This document shows positions 34,999 through 45,419 of a stretch of 64,000 nt of DNA, one piece after another (position 1 is the stretch's first letter; every line of letters starts with the position of its first letter). Under the pieces are notes generated by a model. The model was not told the DNA's origin, did no database searches, and saw only the letters and a list, made by a program, of their open reading frames with translations. The stretch spans positions 130,811 to 194,810 of the forward strand of contig JAOSJV010000011.1 of NCBI GenBank assembly GCA_027493935.1, in the 5' to 3' direction. A program made the position numbers and the translations under genes. This DNA is from Burkholderiales bacterium (GTDB lineage: Bacteria; Pseudomonadota; Gammaproteobacteria; Burkholderiales; SG8-39).

Positions 34999-35278
34999 GT
35001 GAGCCTCACCCCCGGAGGCAATCGGCATCGGCGACGTGCTGCGGCGCACCGAGGAGAGCCTTGCGCTCGCCGAATGCTTCGACCCGGGGCACTCGGACTG
35101 CCGCGTCGCCGGGACGTGCGTTCTGCAGGAAGCGCTGAGCCGGGCGCTCGAGGCGTTCCTCGCGGTGCTCGACGAGTACACGCTCGCCGATCTGCTGCGG
35201 CCGCGCAACGGACTCGCGCGCGTCCTGCTCGCCGCGGACCCGCGCACGCGCGGCCCGGGGAGGCGCGGCCGCGCCTGA
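34999..35278 (+). pseudogene. Rrf2-family regulator remnant (C-terminal half only)
   Basis: 'PEAIGIGDVLRRTEESLALAECFDPGHSDCRVAGTCVLQEALSRALEAFLAVLDEYTLADLL' is the dimerisation and Cys-cluster half of NsrR/Rrf2 proteins. No wHTH-like sequence or start codon was found in any frame in the 150 bp upstream. Confidence 0.5.
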
Positions 35279-35296
35279 GGCGGCGCGCCGCGCCGA

Positions 35297-36078
35297 TCAG
35301 ACCTCGACCACGAGCCGCGCATCGAACGCCGGGTTCTCGGGGCGCTCCGGCGTGCCGTGCAGCCGGCCGCTCACCGGGTGGCGGCCGGCGTAGCCGCGCG
35401 GGTTCGCGACCACGCGCGTGCCGTTCACGACGTAGTCCGAGCTCGCGTGCGTGTGGCCGTGGACCCACAGCGCGGCCGGGCCCATCAGCGCCGAGAGATC
35501 CGAGATGAACGACGGGTTCACCACGCTCCCGGCGAAACGCTCCGCGATGCTGAGCCGATGCGGGCCATGGTGCGTGACCACCACCGTACGGCCGCCGAAG
35601 GGCTCGGCGAGCGCGCGTTCGAGAAACGCGCGGCTCGCGCGGTGGAATGCCACCGCGTGCTCGGGCACGAACGGCGCGTCGCCGACGCGGATGGTGCGGT
35701 ACTCGACCAGCGCGTCCAGCCCGCGCGCGAGCAGCGCGTCGCGCCCTTGCGGCCCGTAGAGCAGCAGGTCGGTCCAGAGCGTCGCGCCGACGAAGCGCAC
35801 GCCGCCGATCTCGACCGCCGAGTCGTCGAGCAGATCGATCTCGAGCTGCTCGGCCGCGACGCGCATCGCCGCGCCGCAGGCGCCGAACTCCCGGCGTAGT
35901 ACTCGTGGTTGCCCGGCACGAACACGATGCGCGAGTGCGGGAATGCGCGCCGCAGCCACGCGAGGCTCTGCGCGCCGGATTCGACGTCACCGGCCACGAC
36001 CACCGCATCGGCCGGCGCCGCGACCGGCACGAACGGCGCCACCTCGAGGTGGAGATCGGAGATGACGTGCAGGCGCAT
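35297..36078 (-). CDS. metallophosphoesterase (calcineurin-like), frameshifted in this sequence
   Basis: 'MRLHVISDLHLE', 'VVAGDV' and 'VPGNHEYY' are in ORF 35518..36078. 'REFGACG...VVVTHHGP...WVHGHTH' is in ORF 35297..35959. One base is missing at ~35890-35896. Confidence 0.8.
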
Positions 36079-36241
36079 GGGTGTCGGCGGGCGGCAGTGC
36101 GAATGTACGCCCGGCCGCTGCCCGGCGTCACCCGTGGCGCAGCCGCCGGTGTGGCGTCTGCGGCAGGCGGTTCGCCGTCGCGCCGCGGTCCGCCGGTTGC
36201 GGACGGCGCGTACAATGGCCCGGGCCTGCCCGGAGACGTGG

Positions 36242-36667
36242 ATGTCGCTCGCCGAAGAGATCGGAAAGCGTGGTTTCCAGCGCTGGTACGAGCGCCAGCT
36301 GATCGAGAGCCACCTCTACCTGCTGACGTGCGTGCTCGCGCTGTTCGCGTTCCTGGCGTGCGTCGAGATCCTCACCTTCCGTCACGGCCTGCTGCGGGCG
36401 GTCCCCATGCTCCTCGGCGCGTTCGTCACCGGCGTGATTGCGTGGCTGTCGCTCGTGCGCTACGCGTCGCTGATGGTGCGCGCGTGGCGCCTTTCGAGCG
36501 CGGCGACGTGCGCGGGCTGCAACACCCACGGCAGGCTGCGGGTCGTCGGCGGCAGCCGGCCCGCGGGCGCCGGCTACGACGTGAGCGGCGCTCTCGGGCC
36601 GGCCGACCCGAGAGCGGAGTGGGTACGCGTGCAGTGCAAGCGGTGCGGGAACGAGTGGACGCTCTAG
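36242..36667 (+). CDS. hypothetical membrane protein with C-terminal zinc-ribbon-like CxxC...CxxC
   Basis: ATG at 36242. Two TM helices, then 'CAGCNTHG...VQCKRCGNEW'. The upstream part of ORF 35909..36667 is antisense to the phosphoesterase gene. Confidence 0.45.
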   Translation: MSLAEEIGKRGFQRWYERQLIESHLYLLTCVLALFAFLACVEILTFRHGLLRAVPMLLGAFVTGVIAWLSLVRYASLMVRAWRLSSAATCAGCNTHGRLRVVGGSRPAGAGYDVSGALGPADPRAEWVRVQCKRCGNEWTL

Positions 36668-36764
36668 CCGCAGCGGACGGTGGACAGCGGGCCGTGAACG
36701 GCGCGCGCCGGGCGCGAGCAAGATCTCCCGCCGGCTACTCACCTACTGTCGACTGCGCTCCTTT

Positions 36765-37085
36765 CTAGTCCCACCTGTCGTCGCGCACCTGGATCATGCC
36801 GTTGTCGACCCGCACCGGCAGCTTCGCGGTAGGCTCGTAGGCGGGCGCCGAGAGCGCCTCCCCGCTGCGGATGCAGAAGCGCGCGCCGTGGCGCGGGCAC
36901 ACGATCTCGTCGCCCTCGACCTCGCCGCCGGCGAGCTCGCCGCCGTCGTGCGTGCAAACGTCCTCGATCGCGTGCAGCTCGCCCGCGAGGTTGAACACGG
37001 CGACGCGCGTGCCGTCGACGTCGACCACGCGGCGCGCGCCGGGCGCGAGCTCCGCAGCCGGGCACACGTCCGCCCACCGGCTCAT
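36765..37085 (-). CDS. Rieske [2Fe-2S] ferredoxin-like protein (last gene of the suf operon)
   Basis: ATG at 37085 overlaps the nfu stop (ATGA). 'CTHDGGEL...CPRHGARF' is the Rieske CxH...CxxH motif. Confidence 0.8.
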   Translation of the reverse strand: MSRWADVCPAAELAPGARRVVDVDGTRVAVFNLAGELHAIEDVCTHDGGELAGGEVEGDEIVCPRHGARFCIRSGEALSAPAYEPTAKLPVRVDNGMIQVRDDRWD

Positions 37086-37657
37086 ACCGGCATGACTTCG
37101 AGCTCGGGGTCGATTTCGCGCACCATGTACTCGATCGCCGAGAGCGTGCCCGAGAGCGAGCTCGGGCAGCTGCCGCACGCGCCCTGGTAGTGCACCTTCA
37201 CCACGTTGCCCTCGATGCCGAGCACGTGGAGATCGCCGCCGTCGTTGCGCAGGTACGGCCGCACCTGCTGATCGAGCAGCGACTCGATCATGTCGAGCTT
37301 CTGCAGCTGGTCCGGCGAGAGCTCCTCGCGCGGGGTCACCGGTACGTCCGGCATCGCGCCGGCGAGCAGGTCGCTCGTGCGCTCGGCCGCGCTCGGCGCC
37401 TCGCGGATCGGGGCCGCGACCTGGCGCGCGAGCTGGTCCCAGTCGGCGCCGCCGTCCTGGGTGACGGTGAGCCAGGTGTCGACGTAGAACACGCTCGCCA
37501 CGTGCGCAATGGCGAACAGCGCCGCCGCGAGCGGGTCGTCCTTGGCCGCCTCGGCGCTCTCGTAGGATCGCGCGACGCCGTAGGTCAGCGGCTCGCGCAG
37601 CACGAACTTGCGCGCGTTCGGGTTCGGAGTGGGCTCTATTTCTGCGATCTTCGGCAT
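37082..37657 (-). CDS. Nfu/NifU-like Fe-S cluster carrier (Nfu_N plus NifU C-terminal domain)
   Basis: ATG at 37657 (MPKIAEIEPTPNPNARKF). C-terminal 'VRPYLRNDGGDLHVLGIEGNVVKVHYQGACGSCPSS' carries the CxxC. Confidence 0.8.
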   Translation of the reverse strand: MPKIAEIEPTPNPNARKFVLREPLTYGVARSYESAEAAKDDPLAAALFAIAHVASVFYVDTWLTVTQDGGADWDQLARQVAAPIREAPSAAERTSDLLAGAMPDVPVTPREELSPDQLQKLDMIESLLDQQVRPYLRNDGGDLHVLGIEGNVVKVHYQGACGSCPSSLSGTLSAIEYMVREIDPELEVMPV

Positions 37658-37679
37658 GTCTCGCTGGCTGCCTGCCTGG

Positions 37680-38156
37680 TCAGGTCGCGGCCACCGGATC
37701 GTTGTCGCCCTCGGTGGAGGCGGTGGCCTCGCGGGTGAGCGCGGCATGCAGCGTGTGCCACGGCAGGATCGCGCATTTCACGCGCACCGGCAGGTCCTTC
37801 ACGCCGGCGAAGACCGTGAGCCGCCCGAGGTGATGCGCGCCGGCACCGACGTCGAGCTTGCCGGTGGTCATATCGCGGAATTCCCGCACCAGCGTCTCGA
37901 CCTCGTCCACCGTCTTGCCCTTGACGCTGGCGGTCATCATCGAGGCCGAGGCCTTGCAGATCGCGCAGCTCTGGCCCTCGAACGCGATCGAGTCGATCGC
38001 GCCGCCGGCGAGTTTCACCGTCACCCAGATGTGATCGCCGCAGAGCGGGTTGAGCCCCTCGCTCTTGTGCGTGCAGTCCGCGACCGCGCCCCAGTTGCGG
38101 GGCCGCTTGTTGTGGTCGAGGATGATCTCCTGGTAGAGCTGGCTCGAGTCCGTCAT
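37680..38156 (-). CDS. sufU: SUF-system sulfur-transfer protein SufU (IscU-like, zinc type)
   Basis: 'LYQEIILDHNKRPRN', 'NPLCGDHI' and 'FEGQSCAICKASASMMT' parallel the Bacillus SufU sequence as I remember it. Confidence 0.85.
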   Translation of the reverse strand: MTDSSQLYQEIILDHNKRPRNWGAVADCTHKSEGLNPLCGDHIWVTVKLAGGAIDSIAFEGQSCAICKASASMMTASVKGKTVDEVETLVREFRDMTTGKLDVGAGAHHLGRLTVFAGVKDLPVRVKCAILPWHTLHAALTREATASTEGDNDPVAAT

Positions 38157-38162
38157 GTCCGG

Positions 38163-39419
38163 TCAGCCGAAGAGCTTCTGCACGCGCCGTACGGAGGCCG
38201 CGAGCTTGTCGACCTCGTCGAGCGTGTTGTAGAACGCGAACGAGGCGCGCGCGGTGGCCGGGATGCCGTAGCGCTGCATCACCGGCTGCGCGCAGTGATG
38301 GCCGGTGCGCACGGCGATGCCGTCGTCGTTGAGCAGCGTGCCGACGTCGTGCGGATGCACGTCGCCGACGTAGAACGAGAGCACCGCGGCCTTCTCGCGC
38401 GCGGTGCCGATGATGCGCACCCCGTCAATCGCCCGCAGGGACTCGGTGGCGTGGCGCAGGAGCTCGCGCTCGTGCGCGGCGATCCGCTCGAGCCCTACCT
38501 GCTGCACGTAGTCTATGGCGCTCGCCAGCGCGATCGCCTGCGCGATCGGCGGCGTGCCGGCCTCGAACTTGAACGGGATCGTGTTGTAGGTCGTCTTCTC
38601 GAACGCGACCGAGAGGATCATGTCGCCGCCGCCGCGGAACGGGCGCATCTTCTCGAGCAGCGCGGCCTTTCCGTAGAGCACGCCGACCCCGGTCGGCCCG
38701 AACAGCTTGTGCCCGGTGAACGCGTAGAAGTCGCAATCGAGCGATTGGACGTCGATCGGCATGTGCTGCACCGCCTGCGCGCCGTCGATCATGATCGGCA
38801 CGCCGTGGCGGTGCGCGATCGCGATCATCTCGCGCACCGGGTTGATCGTGCCGAGCGCGTTCGAGACGTGCGTGACCGATACGAACTTGGTGCGCGGATT
38901 GAAGAGCCGCCCGTACTCCTCCATCACGACTTCGCCGGCGTCGTCGATCGGGGCGACGCGCAGCTTCGCGCCCTTCTCCTCGCAGAGCATCTGCCAGGGC
39001 ACGATGTTCGCGTGATGCTCCATGTGGGTGATGACGATCTCATCGCCTTCGCCCAGGAACGCGCGCCCGTAGCCGTGCGCGACCAGATTGATCGCGTCGG
39101 TGACGTTGGAAGTGAAGACGATCTCGCGGTCCTCGCGCGCGTGCAGGAAGCGCCGCACGGTCGCGCGCGCGGCCTCGTAGGCGTCGGTCGCAAGCGCCGA
39201 CAGGTAGTGAACGCCGCGGTGGATGTTCGCGTGCTCGCGGGTCTGGTAGCGCACCAGCCGCTCGATCACCTGCCGCGGCATCTGCGCGGAGGCGCCGTTG
39301 TCGAGGTACACGAGCGGCTTGCCGTGCACCCGCACCTCCGACAGGATCGGGAAGTCGGCGCGGATGCGCTCGACGTCGAGTGCTGCGGGTGCCGGCGTCT
39401 GGCGGGCAACGGCGCTCAC
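38163..39419 (-). CDS. sufS: cysteine desulfurase SufS
   Basis: GTG at 39419 overlaps the sufD stop (GTGA). 'FPILSEVRVHGKPLVYLDNGASAQ', 'HANIHRGVH', PLP lysine region 'DFYAFTGHKLFGPTG' and 'RTGHHCAQP'. Confidence 0.95.
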   Translation of the reverse strand: MSAVARQTPAPAALDVERIRADFPILSEVRVHGKPLVYLDNGASAQMPRQVIERLVRYQTREHANIHRGVHYLSALATDAYEAARATVRRFLHAREDREIVFTSNVTDAINLVAHGYGRAFLGEGDEIVITHMEHHANIVPWQMLCEEKGAKLRVAPIDDAGEVVMEEYGRLFNPRTKFVSVTHVSNALGTINPVREMIAIAHRHGVPIMIDGAQAVQHMPIDVQSLDCDFYAFTGHKLFGPTGVGVLYGKAALLEKMRPFRGGGDMILSVAFEKTTYNTIPFKFEAGTPPIAQAIALASAIDYVQQVGLERIAAHERELLRHATESLRAIDGVRIIGTAREKAAVLSFYVGDVHPHDVGTLLNDDGIAVRTGHHCAQPVMQRYGIPATARASFAFYNTLDEVDKLAASVRRVQKLFG

Positions 39420-40745
39420 TCGGCGGACTCCTTCGCCCGCGTGCGCTCGACGACCTGCGCCTCGAGCCAGCCGCGCAGCGAGGCGACCGGGATGCGCTCG
39501 ACCACCTCGGCCGCGAAGGCGTAGGTGAGGAGGTTGCGCGCCGCGATCTCGGAGAGCCCCCGGCTGCGCAGGTAGAACACATGTTCCGGATCGAGCTGCC
39601 CGACGGTGGCGCCGTGGGCGCACTTCACGTCGTCGGCGTGGATCTCGAGCTGCGGCTTGGTGTCGACGTGCGCGCGCGGCGTGAGCAGCAGGTTGCGGCT
39701 CGACTGCGCCGAGTCGGTGAGCTGGGCGCCCTTGCGCACCAGGATTCGGCCGTTGAAGACCGCGTGCGCGGCAGCGTCGACGACGCACTTGTGCAGCTGG
39801 CGGCTGCGGCCCTGCGCATGCGCGTGGTCGATGAAGCTGTGGGTGTCGGCGAGCTGGCGGCCGCCGACGAGCGCCAGGCCGTCGATGCGGCAGTCGACGC
39901 CCTCGCCTCCCTGGCGCACGCCGTGGTCGAGGCGCGAGATGCGCGCGCCGATGGCGATGCTCTGGGCGTCGTAGCGCGCGTCGCGGGCGAGGCTCGCGAC
40001 CGAGGTCGCGATGTGGAAAGCCTGCTCCGACTCGCGCTGCACGCGCACGTGGCCGAGCGATGCGTTCTCGGCCGCGACGAGCTCGGTCACCGCGTTCACG
40101 AAGTAGGCGGTCCCGACGGGGCCCCTGGAAGTCCTCGACCAGGGTCAGCTCGGCGCCGCGCTCGAGGATCGCGAGCACGCGCGGGTAGGCGACGCGCTCG
40201 GCCTGGGTGGCGACGAACAAGATCTGCACCGGCCGCTCGAGCCTGCGCCCGGCCGGTACGAGCACCACCGCGCAGTCCTGCAGGAACGCGGTGTTCACCG
40301 CGACGAACGGGTCGGAATCGAAGCGGGCGTGGCGCGCGAGGTGCGCCTCGAGCACCGCCGGATCGCGGCGCAGCGCGCCCGCGAGCGTGCCGACGTAGAC
40401 CCGCTCGTCCGCCTGCGGCGCCGAGAGCTCCGCCGAGTAATGACCGTCCACGAAGACCAGGCGCGCGCCGGCCTCCGGCAGGAAGCTGCGCCCGATCGCG
40501 TCGCGGTCCGGCGCCACCGGCGCCGCGGCGCGCTCGTAGGCCGTCCGGTAGAGCGGCGAGAGATCGGTGAAGCGCCAAGCCTCGTCGCGCGTCGTCGGCA
40601 CCGCGAGCGCGTTCGCGCGCTCGAGCGCGGCTGCGCGCAGCTCGCCGAGCCACGCCGCCGGGCCGCCCGGCAACGCCGGATGCGCCGCGAGCAGCGTGGC
40701 GAGATAGCGCTGCGTCTCGATGCTCGTCCCGGCTTGCGTGCTCAT
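39416..40745 (-). CDS. sufD: Fe-S cluster assembly protein SufD, frameshifted in this sequence
   Basis: ATG at 40745. The N-terminal part up to 'LVEDFQGP' is in the frame of ORF 38163..40823. 'VGTAYFVNAVTELVAAENA...HADDVKCAHGATVGQLD...' is in ORF 39416..40099. There is one extra base in run 40128-40131. Confidence 0.9.
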
Positions 40746-40764
40746 AGGGGCTCCGCCCGGCTCC

Positions 40765-41574
40765 TCACGCGGCCACCGGCTTGCCGGCCGCCTTGGCGCC
40801 TTCGAGCAGCCAGTCGTAGCCACGGCGCTCGAGCTCGAGCGCGAGCGACTTGTCGCCGGTGCGCACGATGCGACCGCCGGCGATCACGTGCACGAAGTCG
40901 GGCTCGATGTAGTTGAGCAACCGCTGGTAGTGGGTCACGAGCACGATCGCGCGGTCCGCGGCGCGCATCTTGTTCACGCCGCCGGCGACGACGCGCAGCG
41001 CGTCGATGTCCAGTCCCGAGTCGGTCTCGTCCAGGAGCGCGAGCCGCGGCTCGAGGATCGCCATCTGCAGGATCTCGTTCCTCTTCTTCTCGCCCCCGGA
41101 GAAGCCCTCGTTCACGCTGCGGCCGAGAAACGCCGGATCCATGTCGAGCAGCTTCATCCTCTCGCGCACGAAGTCGTCGAACTCGAGCGGATCGAGCTCG
41201 TCGGCGCCGCGCGCGGCCTGCACCGTGTTGTACGCGAGCCGCAGGAACGCGGCGTTGGTCACGCCGGGCACCTCGACCGGGTACTGGAAGCCGAGGAATA
41301 TGCCGGCGCGCGCGCGCTCCTCGGGCGCGAGCGCGAAGAGGTCGGCGCCTTCGAAGCGCACCTCGCCGGCGGTCGTCGCGTAGGCCGGGTGGCCCGCGAG
41401 CACCTTGGCGAGCGTGCTCTTGCCCGAGCCGTTCGGCCCCATGATCGCGTGCACCTCGCCCGCGCGCACCGCGAGCTCGATGCCCTTGAGGATCTCGACG
41501 CCCGCGACCGCGGCCTTCAGGCCGCGCACCTCGAGCAGGATCTTGCCATCCGTGTTCCGCATGCGCTTGCCCAT
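40765..41574 (-). CDS. sufC: Fe-S cluster assembly ATPase SufC
   Basis: 'GPNGSGKSTL', 'GFSGGEKKRNEILQM' and 'LDETDSGLDIDAL'. ATG at 41562 is an alternative start. Confidence 0.95.
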   Translation of the reverse strand: MGKRMRNTDGKILLEVRGLKAAVAGVEILKGIELAVRAGEVHAIMGPNGSGKSTLAKVLAGHPAYATTAGEVRFEGADLFALAPEERARAGIFLGFQYPVEVPGVTNAAFLRLAYNTVQAARGADELDPLEFDDFVRERMKLLDMDPAFLGRSVNEGFSGGEKKRNEILQMAILEPRLALLDETDSGLDIDALRVVAGGVNKMRAADRAIVLVTHYQRLLNYIEPDFVHVIAGGRIVRTGDKSLALELERRGYDWLLEGAKAAGKPVAA

Positions 41575-41575
41575 C

Positions 41576-43015
<1,440 letters not shown>

Positions 43016-43031
43016 GTCGTGGTCCCCGTCC

Positions 43032-43359
43032 TCACTCGACGCTGAAGCTCTCGCCGCAGCCGCACTCGCTCTTCGCGTTCGGATTCTGGAACTTGAACGC
43101 CGCACCGAGCCCGCTCTTCTGGTAGTCGAGCGTCGCCCCCGCGAGGTAGCGCACCTGGTCGCGGTCGACCACGATCTTCGTGTCGAGCGACTCGAAGGTG
43201 AGGTCGTTGTCGCCCACCGCGTCGGCGAAGTCGAACGTGTAGGCGAGCCCCGAGCAACCCACCTTCCTGATGCCGACGCGCAGGCCGAGGCCCCCTGCCG
43301 CGCCGGGCGATCGAGCTGCGGATGTGTTCCGCGGCGCTCTGCGTCAACGTGATGCTCAT
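43032..43359 (-). CDS. sufA: HesB/IscA/SufA-type A-type Fe-S carrier, frameshifted in this sequence
   Basis: '[23 protein letters not shown]' (ORF 43012..43359) continues as '[19 protein letters not shown]...[11 protein letters not shown]' (ORF 43032..43262). There is one extra base in C5 run 43291-43295. GGAGGAAGG lies upstream of the ATG. Confidence 0.85.
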
Positions 43360-43399
43360 CCGACTGCCCCTTCCTCCGCCCGCTGCGCCTGCCCGCGCC

Positions 43400-43879
43400 T
43401 CACGCCGGCACGGTCTCCGATTGCGGGCGCTTGCTCATGCGCGCATCGTGCAGCTCGACCACGTGCGTCTGCTTCGCGCGCTGCTGCTCGACCAGCTCGG
43501 CGAGCGTCACCGAGCGGAGGAACTCGAAGATCTGATCGTTCAGCCGCACCCACAGGTCGTGGGTCAGGCACTTGTGCTCGTCGTGGCAGTTCTCCTTGCC
43601 GCCGCACTGCGTGGCGTCGATCGGCTCGTCCACCGCGATGATGATGTCGGCGACCGTCATCGCGTCCATCGGCATGGCGAGCCGGTATCCGCCGCCCGGG
43701 CCGCGGGCGCTCTTCACCAGCGCGCGCCGCCGCAGCTTGCTGAACAGCTGCTCGAGGTAGGAGAGCGAGATGCCCTGCCGCGCCGAGATCTCGGTGAGCG
43801 GCACGGGCGAATGCGTGGCGTGCATCGCAACGTCCACCATCGCGGTCACTGCAAAGCGTCCCTTGGTCGTCAGTCGCAT
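43400..43879 (-). CDS. iscR: Rrf2-family [2Fe-2S] transcriptional regulator IscR
   Basis: ATG at 43879 ([18 protein letters not shown]). '[15 protein letters not shown]' HTH. Cluster ligand spacing '[16 protein letters not shown]' equals Cx5Cx5Cx2H as in E. coli IscR. Confidence 0.9.
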   Translation of the reverse strand: MRLTTKGRFAVTAMVDVAMHATHSPVPLTEISARQGISLSYLEQLFSKLRRRALVKSARGPGGGYRLAMPMDAMTVADIIIAVDEPIDATQCGGKENCHDEHKCLTHDLWVRLNDQIFEFLRSVTLAELVEQQRAKQTHVVELHDARMSKRPQSETVPA

Positions 43880-43983
43880 GCGTGTCTTCCTTTCCGTCGT
43901 CCCGGCCGCCTGCGGCGGCTGCGGCACCCCCTCGGTGCCGGTCCGCGGGCGGCGGACCGGCCGATTCCTGAGAGCAGAACTCA

Positions 43984-44015
43984 AGTATATGGTTCCCGAC
44001 TAAATTGGTCAACAT
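43984..44015 (-). promoter_or_regulatory. sigma70-type promoter of the iscR-suf operon overlapped by a type-1 IscR operator
   Basis: Read on the minus strand: TTGACC (44012-44007), a 17-nt spacer, then TATACT (43989-43984). 'TTGACCAATTTAGTCGG' matches 16 of 17 core positions of the type-1 IscR consensus YYGACTRWWWYAGTCRR. It is nearly identical to my recollection of the E. coli iscR promoter site. Confidence 0.6.
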
Positions 44016-44206
44016 TGCGCCGCTCGATGCGTTGCATCCCTGCGTTAGCGCATTGATATTCAATGATTTACAAAATACGCAACGGTTTGCCGGAATTAGG
44101 TGGCCTGGAGGGTTGGAGCCTCTGGTGGGCCGATGCCCTGGACGCGGCGAACCGATGACACCGTTCGTTTGCGCACCGGCCACGGCGCCTCGGCGACGCC
44201 GTCGAT

Positions 44207-44282
44207 TGGCGCGCCCGGCGGGATTCGAACCCACGACCTTTGGCTTCGGAGGCCAACACTCTATCCACTGAGCTACGGGCGC
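44207..44282 (-). tRNA. tRNA-Arg (anticodon CCG)
   Basis: Reverse complement: GCGCCCG-TA-GCTC-AGTGGATA-GAGT-G-TTGGC-CTCCGAA-GCCAA-AGGTC-GTGGG-TTCGAAT-CCCGC-CGGGCGC-G-CCA. All four stems pair, the anticodon loop is CU-CCG-AA, and CCA is encoded. Confidence 0.95.
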
Positions 44283-44448
44283 GCGCAGCGCGGCGATTCT
44301 ACCGCATCCGGTCGCGCGTCCGGCTGCGCGCGCTTTGCCGCGCCTCGCGCTGCCGCTATAATTCCCGGTTCGCTGCGGCCCCGATCCGTTCGCCTCGCGC
44401 CCGCTGCAGCCCGGTATCCCGTTCCCGCGACCCGAGACAGAGCCCGAG

Positions 44449-45345
44449 ATGAGCGCAGAGCCGACGACGCACGATCCGGAAGATCATTCGAGCTTCATCA
44501 AGTCGCCGCGGCAGCTCATCACGCTCGTCGTGCTCGCCTTCGCCGTGCCGACCGTGCTGATCATCCTGGTCGCGCGCACGGTGGTGAGCGCGCGCAGCCC
44601 ATCGCCCGCCGCGATGACCCCGGAGGCGATCGCCGAGCGCATCCGGCCGGTGGCCGACGTCGCGATCGCGGGGCAGACGCGGCCTGAGCCGGCGACCGCG
44701 GCGAAGCCGACCGCCGCCGCAACCGCCAAGGCGGCGCCGCAGACCGGAGAGCAGGTCTATAACGCGGTGTGTGCCGCGTGCCACCAGGCGGGCGTCGCGA
44801 ATGCGCCGAAGTTCGGCGACAAAGCGGCCTGGGCCAAGCTGATCGAAGAGGGCCTGGACAAGCTGACCGAGGAATCGATCAAGGGCGTGCGCGCGATGCC
44901 GCCGCGCGGCGGCAACCCGAACCTCTCGGACCTCGAAATGAAGCGCGCCGTGGCCTACATGGCGAACGCCGCGGGCGCGAATTTCAAGGCGCCCGCAGCG
45001 CCGGCCGCCGCGAAGGCCGCGGCTGCGCCGGCGGCTGCCGCGCCCGCGCCCAAGCCGGCCGCCACCGCGGCTGCGCGCGCGCCCGCTGCAGCGCCGGCCG
45101 CCGAAGGCAAGGGCAAGGAGGTCTACAGCAAAGCGTGCGTGGTGTGCCATGGCCAGGGCGTCGCCGGCGCGCCGAAGCTCGGCGACAAGTCGGCCTGGAC
45201 GCCGCGTCTTGCGGCCGGGATCGACACGCTCTACGCGAACTCGATCAAGGGCAAAGGCGCGATGCCGCCCAAGGGCGGCCAGCTGCAGCTCGCCGACGCC
45301 GCCGTGAGGGCCGCCGTCGACTACATGGTGGCGGCGGTCAAGTGA
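44449..45345 (+). CDS. membrane-anchored dihaem cytochrome c (c5-like domains)
   Basis: N-terminal TM 'LITLVVLAFAVPTVLIILV'. Two class-I haem motifs, 'CAACHQ' and 'CVVCHG', are each followed by 'AMPPRGG/AMPPKGG' Met ligands. The two domains are separated by an Ala/Pro linker. Confidence 0.8.
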   Translation: MSAEPTTHDPEDHSSFIKSPRQLITLVVLAFAVPTVLIILVARTVVSARSPSPAAMTPEAIAERIRPVADVAIAGQTRPEPATAAKPTAAATAKAAPQTGEQVYNAVCAACHQAGVANAPKFGDKAAWAKLIEEGLDKLTEESIKGVRAMPPRGGNPNLSDLEMKRAVAYMANAAGANFKAPAAPAAAKAAAAPAAAAPAPKPAATAAARAPAAAPAAEGKGKEVYSKACVVCHGQGVAGAPKLGDKSAWTPRLAAGIDTLYANSIKGKGAMPPKGGQLQLADAAVRAAVDYMVAAVK

Positions 45346-45419
45346 CGACGGCGCGCCGGGGCGGCTGAGCGTTCTCGGCCGCGCCGGCGGGCAGCGCGAT
45401 CTCGCGACATTCCGGCCCC

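Noticed and set aside
38163-40823. An 886-aa ORF suggesting a SufD-SufS fusion
   Set aside because: The N-terminal part of sufD and all of sufS share a frame, but the middle is out-of-frame sufD (Arg/Pro-rich nonsense). The conserved sufD C-terminal half lies in ORF 39416..40099 and ends with GTGA overlapping the sufS start.
44207-44282. tRNA-Arg as an integration site of a genomic island
   Set aside because: I saw no integrase, no phage or IS genes, and no direct repeat of the tRNA 3' end on either side. The flanks are the iscR-suf promoter and a cytochrome c/gshB region.
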